IMG/VR virus record: IMGVR_UViG_3300032219_002227
Span: 32,001 to 96,000 of that record
Direction: 5' to 3' (one strand)
DNA: 64,000 nucleotides
From: a virus
Taxonomy: Duplodnaviria; Caudoviricetes
In this document: positions 29,249-40,849 of the stretch, piece after piece
Numbering within the stretch: the stretch's first letter is position 1
How the letters are laid out: every line of letters begins with the position of its first letter
The notes under the pieces: model-generated
The model's database searches: none
What the model was told of the DNA's origin: nothing
The model's input: the letters and a program-made list of their open reading frames with translations, nothing else
Made by a program: the position numbers and the translations under genes

Positions 29249-29986
29249 ATGAAGACAATTGTATTGGGTGATACCCACGGACGTTCTAACTGGAAATTAG
29301 CAGTACATCAAGATAAACCTGATAGAGTTATCTTTATAGGTGACTACTTTGACTCATTTGAAATATCAGGTGTTGAGCAAATTGCTAACTTCAAAGAAAT
29401 TATCAAATATAAGGAAGATAACCCACAAGTTGAGGTTGTATTATTAATTGGTAATCATGATCACCATTACTTTCCCGAAATTGGTTATACTGGTACTAGT
29501 GGTTATCAATCCGGAATTGCACCTTCAATTAATCAAGTTATAGATGAAAATAGATATCATTTACAAATGGCTTATGGATTTGGAGAGTATTTATTCACTC
29601 ATGCTGGAGTAAGTCCTGTATTTATGGATCAGATATTTGGTGAAAATGATTGGAGTGTAGAAAATATAGTAGTAGATCTAAATGAAATGTTTAGATACAA
29701 ACCTAAAGCATTCGAGTTTAATGGTTTTGATGGTCACGGAGATAATACAACACAAACACCAATTTGGATTAGACCCAGGTCACTAATGAGTGCAAATAAG
29801 AAGCATTCTAAAGGAATAAAGAAACACTACATACAAATTGTAGGACATACACAGATGAGAAGACTAAGTGTAGAACTGTCTAAACAACTCACTGGTGGTA
29901 AATACTATTTTATTGATACAATGGAAACTACAGGAGAATACTTAATTATAGAAGACAATAAATTAAGAACGAATTCAGTAAAATAA
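29249..29986 (+). CDS. Calcineurin-like metallophosphoesterase
   Basis: GDTHG, GDYFD, GNHD, THAG, VGHT. Confidence 0.9.
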   Translation: MKTIVLGDTHGRSNWKLAVHQDKPDRVIFIGDYFDSFEISGVEQIANFKEIIKYKEDNPQVEVVLLIGNHDHHYFPEIGYTGTSGYQSGIAPSINQVIDENRYHLQMAYGFGEYLFTHAGVSPVFMDQIFGENDWSVENIVVDLNEMFRYKPKAFEFNGFDGHGDNTTQTPIWIRPRSLMSANKKHSKGIKKHYIQIVGHTQMRRLSVELSKQLTGGKYYFIDTMETTGEYLIIEDNKLRTNSVK

Positions 29987-29991
29987 ATGTT

Positions 29992-31501
29992 ATGAGTAAA
30001 TTAAAATATATACTACAAGATCTAAAATGGTTAAAGGTATTAAATAGCCCATTCAAACCATTTCGTGTTAGGTTTTATGCTGGTAAAACTAGAATAGGTA
30101 TTCCTTATTTTTATCCTAGAAAATGGGTTAAAGCTACTCCTGAATTAGCTAAAAAAGCAGCATTAAATACAATGCAATCTGAAAAGAGTTGGAATGAACG
30201 AAATCCTAATTATACTAGAAAAATAAAATCATACGAAGAGATATATCAAGAAAAACTAAAATATACATTCCCTGTTCCTCTTAAAGTTGGATTCAGTTAC
30301 TGTGGCTTAGGATGGAAAACAAAATGGACTGATACTGATTTTAGATATGAATGGGGTCCTGTACTATCATTTGTATTCTTTGGTTATCAAATAGCGTTGA
30401 TGGTAGGTCATAAACACAGCTCACATTATTGGGAAGCGTGGTTGTATTACGAATATGCCACAGATAAAACTAAATCTAAACGTGAACGAATAGAACAATG
30501 TAGAAAGGAATTTCCACAAACATGGACAGTATCTTCTATGGGCAAAGAAGAAATCGTAGATTACTATCAACTTATACTTAAAACTAAATATCTATGAGAC
30601 ACGCAGAACGAAAAGCAAATAAAGAAAGACAATTTTTAAAGGAATTGATTGACAAAATGTTTGAATTTGCTGGCCATAATCTCAAATTTGAAGATGTTGA
30701 AGGTAGAAAAGATAACTGGTTCCAGCAATACACAATGACTGAAGCTCAAAATCAAGAGTGGAAAGAGTGGGGTGTGAAACATATTAAGAAGAAAAAACGC
30801 TATTATTCAAAAATAGCTGAGCGTGAAATGGCATTTCTTGACTTATATTGTGGATTAAAAATATCAGATTCTAAATATGGCAAAGAAGAAACAACCGAAG
30901 CGTGAATGGTTTATAGTAATGAACTCACAATTGGAATATTTTAGTGGAATGATGTATGGTGGTGAATTAGTATGGTGTAATGATTATAATGAAGCTAAAC
31001 CATTAGATAACGAACGTAAATTCCAAACATTGAAAAGTCTTTGTTATGGCGAAGAACTTATTTTAGATTATATTTCATGAGAACAGAACAAGAACGTTTA
31101 ATAAGTTATAGAGCAGCGTTTTTAGAGAAAGTTAAAAAATGGAAGTGGGAAGAGCCTGAAGAAAAAATTTGTAAAAAACGTGGTCGTAAAGTTAAAGTAA
31201 TAGATAAACGAATTGAATCTAAACCTCGATCAGAAGGTGAACGTAAAGTAGCACTTAAACAATCTAAATATAATTGGATATGAATTCAGTACATGCTCTG
31301 CATTTTGACAAGTACAAAACAATTGATGGTACTTATTTTGGATTTGAAATTTTTGAAGAAATTTTTAAAGTAATCAATGAACGTGGTTATCAAAATAATG
31401 ATAATATGTTTAAAGCAGGAGTAGCTAGCTCAGAAGCAGCTGTTAGACGTTTGAGAGAAGAATACTATGAAGCTATATCTAAATCAATGATAGATATGTA
31501 G
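29992..31501 (+). other. Run of five hypothetical CDS (29992-30597, 30594-30905, 30877-31080, 31077-31283, 31280-31501)
   Basis: Tightly overlapping ORFs; no recognisable motifs. Confidence 0.65.
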
Positions 31502-31515
31502 TGATATTTATAAGT

Positions 31516-32145
31516 ATGAAATACCTACTTACACTACTTATGCTTATTAGCATAGCGTTTGCTCAAGACACAATTACAATTGTACATAAAGCGTACAAGA
31601 CAACTTATAGTAAATCCAAAAACTACCCTGTTAAGGTAGAATGGTGGTTAACTAAAGCAATGGTAAGTTGTCCTACTAAAATAAAGCGAACAGATAATTT
31701 TGGACCTGATCCAAAACAAATAGCAAGTACCAACTTGCAGCAATATTATAATAACTCCGGTTACGATCGTGGTCATAATTTTCCTGCTGCAGATGGTGCT
31801 TGTGATGTTATTAGTATGACTGAGTCGTTTTATTTTTCAAATATGACTCCTCAAACACCTCAATTGAATAGGGGTGATTGGAAAATGGTTGAGGAATTAA
31901 CTCGTATAGAAGCACTACAAGATGATTCAGTACACGTTTGGGCTGGATCTGTAGGTGAAATAAAAAAAATAGGTAAAATGGCCATACCTAAACAATGCTG
32001 GAAAGTAATTTATGTTAAGAAAACAAATGAATGGTTCGCATTTTTATTCAATAATGATAATACTAGAGCAAACGGTATTAATGATAATAAAGTTGAAGTA
32101 AAATTGATTGAGCAAATCACAGGTTTTAAATTTAAAGCTAAATAA
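31516..32145 (+). CDS. Secreted-type DNA/RNA non-specific endonuclease
   Basis: Signal peptide MKYLLTLLMLISIAFA; YDRGH, SNMTPQ...LNRG.W..VE. Confidence 0.9.
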   Translation: MKYLLTLLMLISIAFAQDTITIVHKAYKTTYSKSKNYPVKVEWWLTKAMVSCPTKIKRTDNFGPDPKQIASTNLQQYYNNSGYDRGHNFPAADGACDVISMTESFYFSNMTPQTPQLNRGDWKMVEELTRIEALQDDSVHVWAGSVGEIKKIGKMAIPKQCWKVIYVKKTNEWFAFLFNNDNTRANGINDNKVEVKLIEQITGFKFKAK

Positions 32146-32184
32146 GATTCATATATTTATTGATACATTAATTTAATAAAAAAA

Positions 32185-32526
32185 ATGAAAAAGCAACTTA
32201 ACGAAATTAAAAGAATGCAGCAGTTAGCGGGGCTGTTGAAAGAAAATCAAGGAATAGTATATAGTAAAAATGATTTACCTGATGCTACTGACCCGGATTT
32301 TCATGATGATTTATATTATGCTCTCAATAAATTAAGAATTTATACTAGAGATCAATACATGTCAGATGCTCCAAAAGAAATGGAACTTGGGTCTGAAGAG
32401 TGGATGGATTTACTTTCAAATATAACTGGAAAGGATACTTACGGTGATGAACTTGATGATACTGATAATAAAATGGCAATGTTAGTTCAAAAAGCATTAG
32501 AAAACATGGGATTTGATGTTTATTAA
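32185..32526 (+). CDS. Putative virion-internal protein
   Basis: N-terminal MKKQLNEIKRMQQLAGLLKE leader; acidic body. Confidence 0.5.
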   Translation: MKKQLNEIKRMQQLAGLLKENQGIVYSKNDLPDATDPDFHDDLYYALNKLRIYTRDQYMSDAPKEMELGSEEWMDLLSNITGKDTYGDELDDTDNKMAMLVQKALENMGFDVY

Positions 32527-32619
32527 AATAAACACTAAATAATAAAATAAAGAGTCTTTGTAAGAAGGCTTCTTTAGTCAGGACAGATATTGTATATTTA
32601 ATTTAAATAAATAAAAAAT

Positions 32620-33001
32620 ATGGCTATCCAAACAAAAGATGATGCTCAGAGCAAAGCAGACCGTAGAGTAGACAATTCATTTTTTAGAAAACCAAAACAA
32701 AAACCACTTATTGAACGTGAATTTAGTGAGTTATATACTTTGGCTGAGCAATTTGAATGGATTAAATTAAAGAAACAACAAAAAGAAAGACAACAACTTA
32801 AATAATATGACTACAAACGCCGAAATGTATCTTAAATGTATGAGAATTGAAGCGTTAGTTGCTTCAATGGTATTAGCAGGTATCACTGATAATCGTAAAT
32901 TAGTAGCAGTAGTTGATGAACATTTCCATCCAACAACAGAATGGGAACAAGAAATGTTTAGTGAAGCTATTATTTATACTAAGCAGGGTATCTTGAATTA
33001 G
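32620..33001 (+). other. Two small hypothetical CDS (32620-32805, 32807-33001)
   Basis: ORF track; preceded by early-type promoter core. Confidence 0.6.
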
Positions 33002-33056
33002 GAAGGCAAAGTAAAGTATTTATATTTAATTATTAAATAATTAAAAAATAAAGGTT

Positions 33057-33830
33057 ATGCAAACAAATTCAATGATGACTAATGCAAGTTACACATTAGA
33101 TCAAATCAAAACAATGGCTCCATCAGTATTTACAACTGAAAAAGCACCTCACCTTACAGACAAGTATATCCAAACTCCAACGTCACGCGTTGTAGAAGAT
33201 TTAATGAGTTTAGGTTGGGAAGTAACTAAAGTACAAGAAGTTAAAGCTCGCAAAGGCAAAGGATTCCAAAAACATATGATCGTATTTCGCAACCCAGAAA
33301 TTATGATTAAGGGTAAAGACGGAGATGATTCATTTCCACAAATTCTACTCACTAATTCGCATGATGGTAAAGCAGCGTTTAATTTTAGGGTAGGTATTTT
33401 TAGATTAGTATGTAGTAATGGTTTGGTTATTAGTGATGCAGATTTCAATAATGTATCAATCAGACATATCAATTACACATTTGAATCACTGCAAGCTAAA
33501 GTAGCAGAAATGATTGCTAAATTACCTAACCTAGTTCAGAAAATTAATTTATTTAAATCAACTGAACTAACTGAAGCTCAAATGGCTGATTTTGCTCAGA
33601 AAGCGATGCAATTGAGAACTAAGGAGCGAGTTAATATTATGGATGTACTTACTGCTGATCGTCCTCAAGATGCAGGTAATGATTTATGGGTTGTATTTAA
33701 TAGAGTACAAGAAAAATTGACTGGTGGTTCATATAGAGCTGGTAAACGTAAAGCACGTTCAATTAAGAATTTTGATAAAGATATTAAATTAAATGAACAA
33801 TTGTTTGAATTAGCTGAAGCATACCTTTAA
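33057..33830 (+). CDS. DUF932/DUF945-family protein
   Basis: APSVF, KHMIVFR, ILLTNSHDG, GIFRLVCSNG, DLW.VFNRVQE. Confidence 0.85.
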   Translation: MQTNSMMTNASYTLDQIKTMAPSVFTTEKAPHLTDKYIQTPTSRVVEDLMSLGWEVTKVQEVKARKGKGFQKHMIVFRNPEIMIKGKDGDDSFPQILLTNSHDGKAAFNFRVGIFRLVCSNGLVISDADFNNVSIRHINYTFESLQAKVAEMIAKLPNLVQKINLFKSTELTEAQMADFAQKAMQLRTKERVNIMDVLTADRPQDAGNDLWVVFNRVQEKLTGGSYRAGKRKARSIKNFDKDIKLNEQLFELAEAYL

Positions 33831-33908
33831 TTTAAAGTAAGGTTAGGGGTATCAAAGCCCCTACCTTATATTTATTTAAATTAATATTTATGATAAAAAA
33901 GAAAACAA

Positions 33909-34937
33909 ATGGAAATCAAAGACATTCTAAGTGAACTAATCACAGCATCAACAAGTGTATTTAATGAAAAAGGTCAACCTGAAAACTTTGATCTAGAAGA
34001 CCTTATCTCAGCATTAGAAAGCTATTATGAAGAATTAGATGAGATCGGTGAATTTTATTTTGCTGATGATGAGGAAAGATATGATTTTGATGAATATGAA
34101 GATTAATTAAATCAAAATTATGAATAATAGAAATCAACATCGTTTGCTTAATGAAGACCAAATTCAAAGTATTACAGAACAATTTACTCAGGATTTAGCT
34201 AAATATCTCGATGAATCAGCTGATACTTTAGTTGATCATTATTTAAGAGATGATGCTGAAGGATTATTTGAAATTGTAAGTCAATGGATTGAAATAGCTG
34301 AAGATAAAGTTATTAAAGAATTAAATACCCAAATTAGTGAAGATCAATTTAATGGTCAAAATGAAGATGATATATTTTATCCAAGTTATGAATTATGAAT
34401 ACATTAGTAATACACCCCGATGATCGCTCAACTGACTTTTTAAAACCTATCTATAAAAATATTACAGCAACTGTAATAACAGGAGGTATTAGTAAAAGTG
34501 ATGTTTTAAAAATGATTTATGAACATGATCGTACTATAATGATGGGTCATGGATCTCCTTGGGGTCTATTTAGTTTAGGTAAATTTTTGGACAGTGGTAG
34601 TTATATAATTGATAACGATATGGTTCATATTTTACTTCAAAAGAAAGAAAATATATTCATTTGGTGTAATGCTGATCAATTTGTTAAACGCCATCAATTA
34701 AAAGGATTTTATAGTGGTATGTTTATTAGTGAGACAAGTGAAGCTAATTACTGTGGATTACCTGGTACTCCACAAAAAGTAGTAACTGAATCAAATGATT
34801 CATTTGCCCAATTGTTAGGTGAAGTGGCTAATTTGTCTGTTAGAGACGCTTATAAGCATGTTTCATCTAAATATAAAATATTAGCTGAAAGTAATTCTGT
34901 GGCAAATTATAATTCACAACGCTTATACTTAAATTAA
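33909..34937 (+). other. Three hypothetical CDS (33909-34106 and 34120-34398, both very acidic; 34395-34937 with MMGHG..G and WCNAD, possible CHAT/caspase-like His-Cys dyad)
   Basis: ORF track; motif recognition tentative. Confidence 0.55.
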
Positions 34938-35057
34938 TATGCTAAATAAACATAACATTAATAACGGAGATGATTACGCTGATTTGTTGATTAAAGATAT
35001 AGGTTGGCAAAGTAAAGGCTATATATTCAATGTAAATAAAAATTAAAAATAAAGGTT

Positions 35058-35414
35058 ATGAAAAAAATTACAATTGAGCAAGCTAGGGAAACTATTGAGA
35101 ATTCATTTAGTACTATCTATTCCAAGGATGATGTGTTAGCAATTTTGAGTCATATCAAGGTTGAATCTGAACCACTTGAATCAATTATTAATATTACATC
35201 TGAGCAGTATAGTGATTTAGCAAGTAATATTGCTCGCAATGTTACTAAGGCAATTGAGGATATGGAATGTATTAATGGCTGGGATTTAACTATGAATTAT
35301 AACGAAGTATCAGTGGATCAAATTGAAGTTAATGAAGTTGAGATTGAAGAAATTGTTGAGGATACAATTAATAAATGGGTAATTGATATAAAGGAAGATG
35401 ATTGTGGTTGTTAA
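35058..35414 (+). CDS. Acidic early protein, paralog of 43033..43329
   Basis: Shared D L.MNY.EV motif. Confidence 0.7.
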   Translation: MKKITIEQARETIENSFSTIYSKDDVLAILSHIKVESEPLESIINITSEQYSDLASNIARNVTKAIEDMECINGWDLTMNYNEVSVDQIEVNEVEIEEIVEDTINKWVIDIKEDDCGC

Positions 35415-35471
35415 TTAGCTTGGGTAGGCAGCGTAAGCTGCCTACTTTTATTTTAAATAAAAAATTAAAGT

Positions 35472-36715
35472 ATGAGGTATACAGAACAAGACAACAACCA
35501 CTTAGCAAACACAGCGTTCATTATTGGTTACTATGAATCTATGCTCAAAGTAACATTGAAGGAAATTCAAGAAGGTAATACAGATTTTGTTAATATTAGT
35601 ATTCCAAGACTAATTGAGAAAACACTTAAGACTTGTGGTGCTGTTTGGGAACAACGATACGATAAACATTGGAATGATACACTTAAAGAGTTTAAGGAAG
35701 CAGAGTAAATATTGTATCTTTATTTCAAATAAAAAGGTTATGAAAAGAATGTATAAAGTTAGATTCAATCTTGGTAAAGGAAAGAACTACATGAAGTGGA
35801 AGGTAGAGGGTCCGGATGGAATTGGTCGACACACAATTAGTTACTACAATCCAGATGAAGTTGAAATTGTAATGCATGAATGTCAACTAAAGAATCAAAA
35901 GAAAACAGCAGAGAAAATATTAGCAGGAGCACACAAAACTGTTTGTGCTTGGATTAAATGTACAGCAGTTGATATACAACAACCTAATACTACACCTTGT
36001 GATGATTTTATTCATCTAAATTACAATCCTAGAGTATTACCTCATTGGTTTATCGATAATGGGGAAAATGCAGATGGAATGGTTATGGAACAAATTGTTT
36101 CAGTGGGTAGAAAATTAGCTGGGAAGTCAAAGTAATTATTATACATTTATTCAAATAAAAATTAAACATATGGCTAATATGAGTTATTGCAGATTCGAAA
36201 ATACACTTAGAGACCTCAGGGATTGTTACAGCAACATGGATAATGATGATTTGAGTAAATCAGAGTTTTACGCACGTAAACAAATGATTGAGTTGTGTTG
36301 GGATATTTATCAAGAATATTGTAATAATATTGATGATGAGTTTGAAGATGAAGATGAATTTGATGAGGATCACCATAGCAGTATTATGTATGGAGTAGAT
36401 AACAATCAATAAAATTAAAAAATAAAGGTTATGCAAGACATTAATTATCCAGTTGGGTTCACTATTTTCAAGTTAGAGGAAGATAAAGAAGAGTACACTA
36501 TTACAGGTAATCTAGCTAAGGAATATCGATTTAGAGATTTTGATGGTGCTTATGATCTTGAGGAGTATATTCAAAAGCATATAGACTGTTCAGGTATTGA
36601 CTTTGATTCAGAGTATTGTCAGTTTTTTGCTTACACTAAAACTGTAGAACGAGCAGAACAATTTGTTGAGGATACAACTGCTTGGTTTAAAAAAGTAAAG
36701 GAATTAGTAGATTAA
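35472..36715 (+). other. Four small early CDS (35472-35708, 35740-36135, 36170-36412 with NMSYCRFENT, 36431-36715)
   Basis: Mostly preceded by the repeated promoter and A-rich leader. Confidence 0.7.
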
Positions 36716-36758
36716 GGTGGCAAAGTAGTAATCATACATTTATATAAATTAAAATGTT

Positions 36759-36890
36759 ATGAAAAATATTGAATTGAAAATCAAACGCAAAGAAATGGTT
36801 GCCGCTGGTGCTTATGATGGACGTTATAAGCAACGTGTGGTGACAGATAAGAAGAAACAAGCTAATAAGATGTGGGCTAGGGCAAAGTAG
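36759..36890 (+). CDS. 43-aa basic peptide (not in ORF track), weakly ArfA-like
   Basis: MKNIELKIKRKEMVAAGAYDGRYKQRVVTDKKKQANKMWARAK; own promoter at 36719. Confidence 0.6.
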   Translation: MKNIELKIKRKEMVAAGAYDGRYKQRVVTDKKKQANKMWARAK

Positions 36891-36925
36891 GGATAATATA
36901 TTTAATTAAATAAAAAATTAAATTT

Positions 36926-38433
36926 ATGAATTGGATTGAATTACGTCCTATCTTACGTGAACGATTTGGTCCACACCGTTTTTATTTTTACAACGACATT
37001 TACAAAACAGGAAATCGTCGTGTTAAAATAAGTTGTTATTCCATTAGACGAGAAATGTATAATTTTATTAAGAGTTTAGATGTGAATATTAATGTTAAAT
37101 TTTATAAAGATTATTACATAACTATACATTATGAAAAATAAAATAAACCTCCATAAAATGGAGGAATTGGGCTTCTTTATAGTAATGGCTGTAGTGTCAA
37201 TTATTATTGGAATGACTATTTTGGTTGGTGTAATTAAATTAGTAGATTTATTGAATAAATAAATAAGTATGACAGCACAAGAAAAAGCAATTAAGTTAGT
37301 CTCAATGAACGAGTTAATAGTGTTAGCAGAAACAGGACATAAGCTAACATTTGATGAACGTAAAGGTATTGCTAAACGACAAGCAATTGAAACTTGTAAT
37401 GAAGTATTAGGGTTTATGGGTGCGGATCGTGGTTATTCATTTTGGGTTGAAATTAAACAAGAAATTGAAAAACTATGAGTGGAGGAAGATTTAATTATGA
37501 TCAACGAAGGATAGGATATATAGCCGAAGCTATTATTGATGAGATAAATAAGAGTGGTAGGAAAAAAACTAGACAGGAACTTAAAGATGAGCGTTGGCAT
37601 GATGATGATTGGTATAAGAAGTATCCTGAAGACCTTTACCACTACAAATATCCAGATGAAGTAATTGCTAAGTTTAAGGATGCTGTTAATATATTAAACA
37701 TAGCAGAAGTGTATGCTCAAAGGGTAGATTGGTTACTATCAGGGGATGATGGTGAAGAATCATTCCTTAAACGATTAGATGAAGATTTAGAAAAACTAAA
37801 TAAATAAACAATGACAGCAAAAGAAATAGAAAAATTAGCCGAAACACAATGGGAAGGATGTCATCATTGTGATGAGAATGATAAATACTTTTGGATTAAG
37901 GGATATGTAGTGGGTTATTTACATGCTAGAGTAGATAGTATAGAAAAACAGATGGAAGCAAGTCGTGCTAAGATAGCAGAAATGTTAATTAATAATTAAA
38001 TAATATGGATGTAGCAGCTGGAGATACAATAAAAACACAGGTGGGTGGGCCATATAAGGTTATTAGCGTTAAGGATAATTTAGTAACGTTTAAAATGAAA
38101 AACGGTATTGGAATGACCATAACACAACACGTTACTGAGTTAATTAAGAATGTAGAATTACATTGTGAATATAGTGGATTACCATCAGTTAAAGCGTATG
38201 AATAATAAATTTAATATATACAAGTTAGAGAAATTAGGTAAACGATAAATCCAGTAAATAATAATACGCGTGATATGAATGCAAGTAATGTAGTTATGTT
38301 GTTAGGTTGGTTTTTTTTAGCAGTAAGTTTTGTGTGGCCGAGGGTTAAATGGGGAGGGATCGTAGTAAAAATCGCGTTTTCTGCGCTGAGTACCGGGTTT
38401 TTTTTAGCAAACATGATATATACTTTTGTATAG
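36926..38433 (+). other. Run of small hypothetical CDS (36926-37141, 37269-37478, 37475-37807, 37811-37999, 38005-38205, 38275-38433 membrane peptide)
   Basis: ORF track plus manual translation of 38275-38433 (MNASNVVMLLGWFFLAVSFVWPRVKWGG...). Confidence 0.6.
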
Positions 38434-38888
38434 TAAGGGTGGAAAACAAGTGTAATGTGGGGATATGTGGGTTTTGTGCAAAGTAATTTTTTAGTCAAAT
38501 GGTGTGATAGTATGTGGAATGATGTTAATGTATGTAGTTAATGACTGTGGTGATAAGGGACTTCATGTTGCATGCCAAGCCAAACTTTTTTTTCCAAAAT
38601 AGTATATATTTTTTTATGCGCCAACTAATCAATTTTGTTTGGGATTTGTGTAAGTTGATTTTTGCTATTTTTTGTTTAAATTTTTTACTCAAGCTTTTTT
38701 TTCACATAAGTTTTTTTTAGGCAAAATTTTTTCCTAAATTTAATTTATAAATTAATTAAGTATGATGTACATTATTATTTTTATTATGCTGTGGGCCATT
38801 AATGAGAATATCATCAGGGCACACAACACGAAAAAGTAAATTTTTTCTCGGCGAAATTTTTTCCTAAATTTAGTTTAAATTAAGGGCT

Positions 38889-39458
38889 ATGAAATTAGTA
38901 GAGAAACCATGGCGGTACGGAACGTACCTCGCCTATGAGGAGGTAGAACCAGAATTTTTTCCCACCGAGAAGGGGGTAAGGGTGTTACCTGCTCCTTTTT
39001 ATTATGAGAAGAAATTGTATTTTGAATTAAAGAAAATTTACACCCCGGGGGAGAAAAAAACATTTCCTGATGGGGGATATGAAGTAGTTGATATGAGTGG
39101 GGGTATTCGTTCCTATAACTTGGACCAAGTGATTATTCACCCCAATGTTTTGCAGCATAAGAAAATGGTTGAGAAGATAACTCGCAAATCAGAAAAGCAA
39201 GCTAAGCAACGTGAACGAACACTCAAAAAGATTGCCCGTGAAAACAAACCCAAACATGGAAGGAAAGGACGTCCAGCGCTTGATCCTGCTGTGAAGGCTC
39301 ACAGAGAAAATATTAAAACAGCAACGCAGGAGCGTTCTGGAGGCAAGCGGGGACGTCCACCTCTAAGTGATGAAGCTAAAGCAGCTAAAGCCGCTAGTGA
39401 TATAGCTCGGAAGACACGTTCAGGAGGAAAGCGAGGTAGACCTAGGGTGGCCAAGTAA
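38889..39458 (+). CDS. AT-hook DNA-binding protein
   Basis: GRKGRP, GKRGRP, GKRGRP in basic C-terminal half. Confidence 0.7.
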   Translation: MKLVEKPWRYGTYLAYEEVEPEFFPTEKGVRVLPAPFYYEKKLYFELKKIYTPGEKKTFPDGGYEVVDMSGGIRSYNLDQVIIHPNVLQHKKMVEKITRKSEKQAKQRERTLKKIARENKPKHGRKGRPALDPAVKAHRENIKTATQERSGGKRGRPPLSDEAKAAKAASDIARKTRSGGKRGRPRVAK

Positions 39459-39491
39459 ATATCATATATTTAATTATTAAAATTAAAACGT

Positions 39492-39698
39492 ATGTTAACA
39501 GCTTATCAACGCCAGTTATTTAGTGATTTAGTTAATTTAAATTGGGAAATTGATCACGGTAATTATCCATCAATAGTTACAAATGCACTTGTAGAGCAGT
39601 ATTGGAAGATAAAGGAGGAATTAATGGATGATATGGGTAGGGATGAGTATAATAATTATGTTAATGGAATGAAACAAATGTTTGCCCCGGCTAAATAG
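39492..39698 (+). CDS. Hypothetical early protein
   Basis: Promoter at 39449. Confidence 0.7.
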   Translation: MLTAYQRQLFSDLVNLNWEIDHGNYPSIVTNALVEQYWKIKEELMDDMGRDEYNNYVNGMKQMFAPAK

Positions 39699-39723
39699 GG
39701 GCTCTATTATACACGAGTAGAGG

Positions 39724-39756
39724 GGGTATGATCCGTTAGGATCGTGCCCTTTTTTT
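39724..39756 (+). terminator. Hairpin + T run
   Basis: GGGTATGATCC-GTTA-GGATCGTGCCC-TTTTTT. Confidence 0.7.
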
Positions 39757-39853
39757 CTAGACACGACTTGGGCTTCGGGTGTAGCCTACCTTTGATTTAG
39801 CTCCAGGAACCAATTAGTTCCAGCCCGTCTTAACTATTCTCATAAGTGACAAC

Positions 39854-39878
39854 TAAATATAATATAATAATCCCGACC
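39854..39878 (-). promoter_or_regulatory. Minus-strand copy of the early promoter
   Basis: Reverse complement reads GTC-GGGATTATTATAT-TATATTTA with the usual 16-nt offset. Confidence 0.7.
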
Positions 39879-39944
39879 ACCTAGTCTCTATTTTTTATAA
39901 TGGTCAGAATATGTTTCGTATATTTAATTATAAAATTAAAAATT

Positions 39945-40208
39945 ATGAAAGTAAAAGATTTAGTTAAGTATTTAGGAGAATTTGATCCGGAAACAGAGGT
40001 ATTAGGTATGTGTACTGATCCAACAAACTTCACCTACAAATCACCTATTCAATCAATTGAATTTGATAGTCCATTTGATGATAGTGGTTATAGTAGTGTT
40101 GATGGATCAGAATTAGATTGGGATAAACATTATTATGAAGACGAAGATATGGATGAACCAAAATATATTGGTCCAAAAGTTGTTTTATTAAATTTAGGTG
40201 ATGTGTAA
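39945..40208 (+). CDS. Acidic early protein (MKVKDL..L..FDPE family), related to 42114..42305
   Basis: ATG at 39945 after promoter 39903. Confidence 0.7.
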   Translation: MKVKDLVKYLGEFDPETEVLGMCTDPTNFTYKSPIQSIEFDSPFDDSGYSSVDGSELDWDKHYYEDEDMDEPKYIGPKVVLLNLGDV

Positions 40209-40266
40209 ACATCACTTTTTTTTTGTCACAATATGTTTTGTATATTTAGTTTATAAAATTAAAATT

Positions 40267-40506
40267 ATGAAAAAGCATTACACATCTAAATTAATTGAAA
40301 TTACAAACACCATTTTTTCCGCCACCGATTTTTTATCAGCTAAACATTTACTGACCGAATTTATCGAAGGTACTCAAGTTAAAAGCAAAAATAAAATGTT
40401 GTTTGATGTTAAAAATTTAAGGACGCTTCATCAGGTGCAGCGTTACACTGCAAATGCGCTTTTAAAATTTGAAGGTTTAGGTACAACAGAAACAAAGGCG
40501 GCGTAA
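40267..40506 (+). CDS. Hypothetical early protein
   Basis: ATG after promoter 40225. Confidence 0.7.
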   Translation: MKKHYTSKLIEITNTIFSATDFLSAKHLLTEFIEGTQVKSKNKMLFDVKNLRTLHQVQRYTANALLKFEGLGTTETKAA

Positions 40507-40555
40507 TAATTTCGTATATTTAATCATTAATAAAAACACAAATAAAAAAAAGGTT

Positions 40556-40795
40556 ATGAACAACACAGAAACAAAATCAAAAGGTCGTCCAGTAGTAGAA
40601 AATTCAGCTCGTCAAATGCGCCTCGCGGCACGCGCCACAAGGGTAGCCGCCGGGGGTGAAGTTAAAAGGGGCCGTCCATCAAACCCAGAATCAGCTCGCC
40701 AACAACGCCTAGCTGTTAGAGCAAGTGGGGTTACGGTTAAAAGAGGTCGCCCGAAAATGGAAAAGCAAGAAGTAGAAGCTACTGTTGAGGCCTGA
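40556..40795 (+). CDS. Small tandem AT-hook protein
   Basis: KGRPVVENSARQMRLA / KRGRPSNPESARQQRLA / KRGRP. Confidence 0.75.
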   Translation: MNNTETKSKGRPVVENSARQMRLAARATRVAAGGEVKRGRPSNPESARQQRLAVRASGVTVKRGRPKMEKQEVEATVEA

Positions 40796-40849
40796 AAAAT
40801 AAGGTAGGTGGTCAAAAATGATCACCTACCTTTATTTAAATTAAAATGT

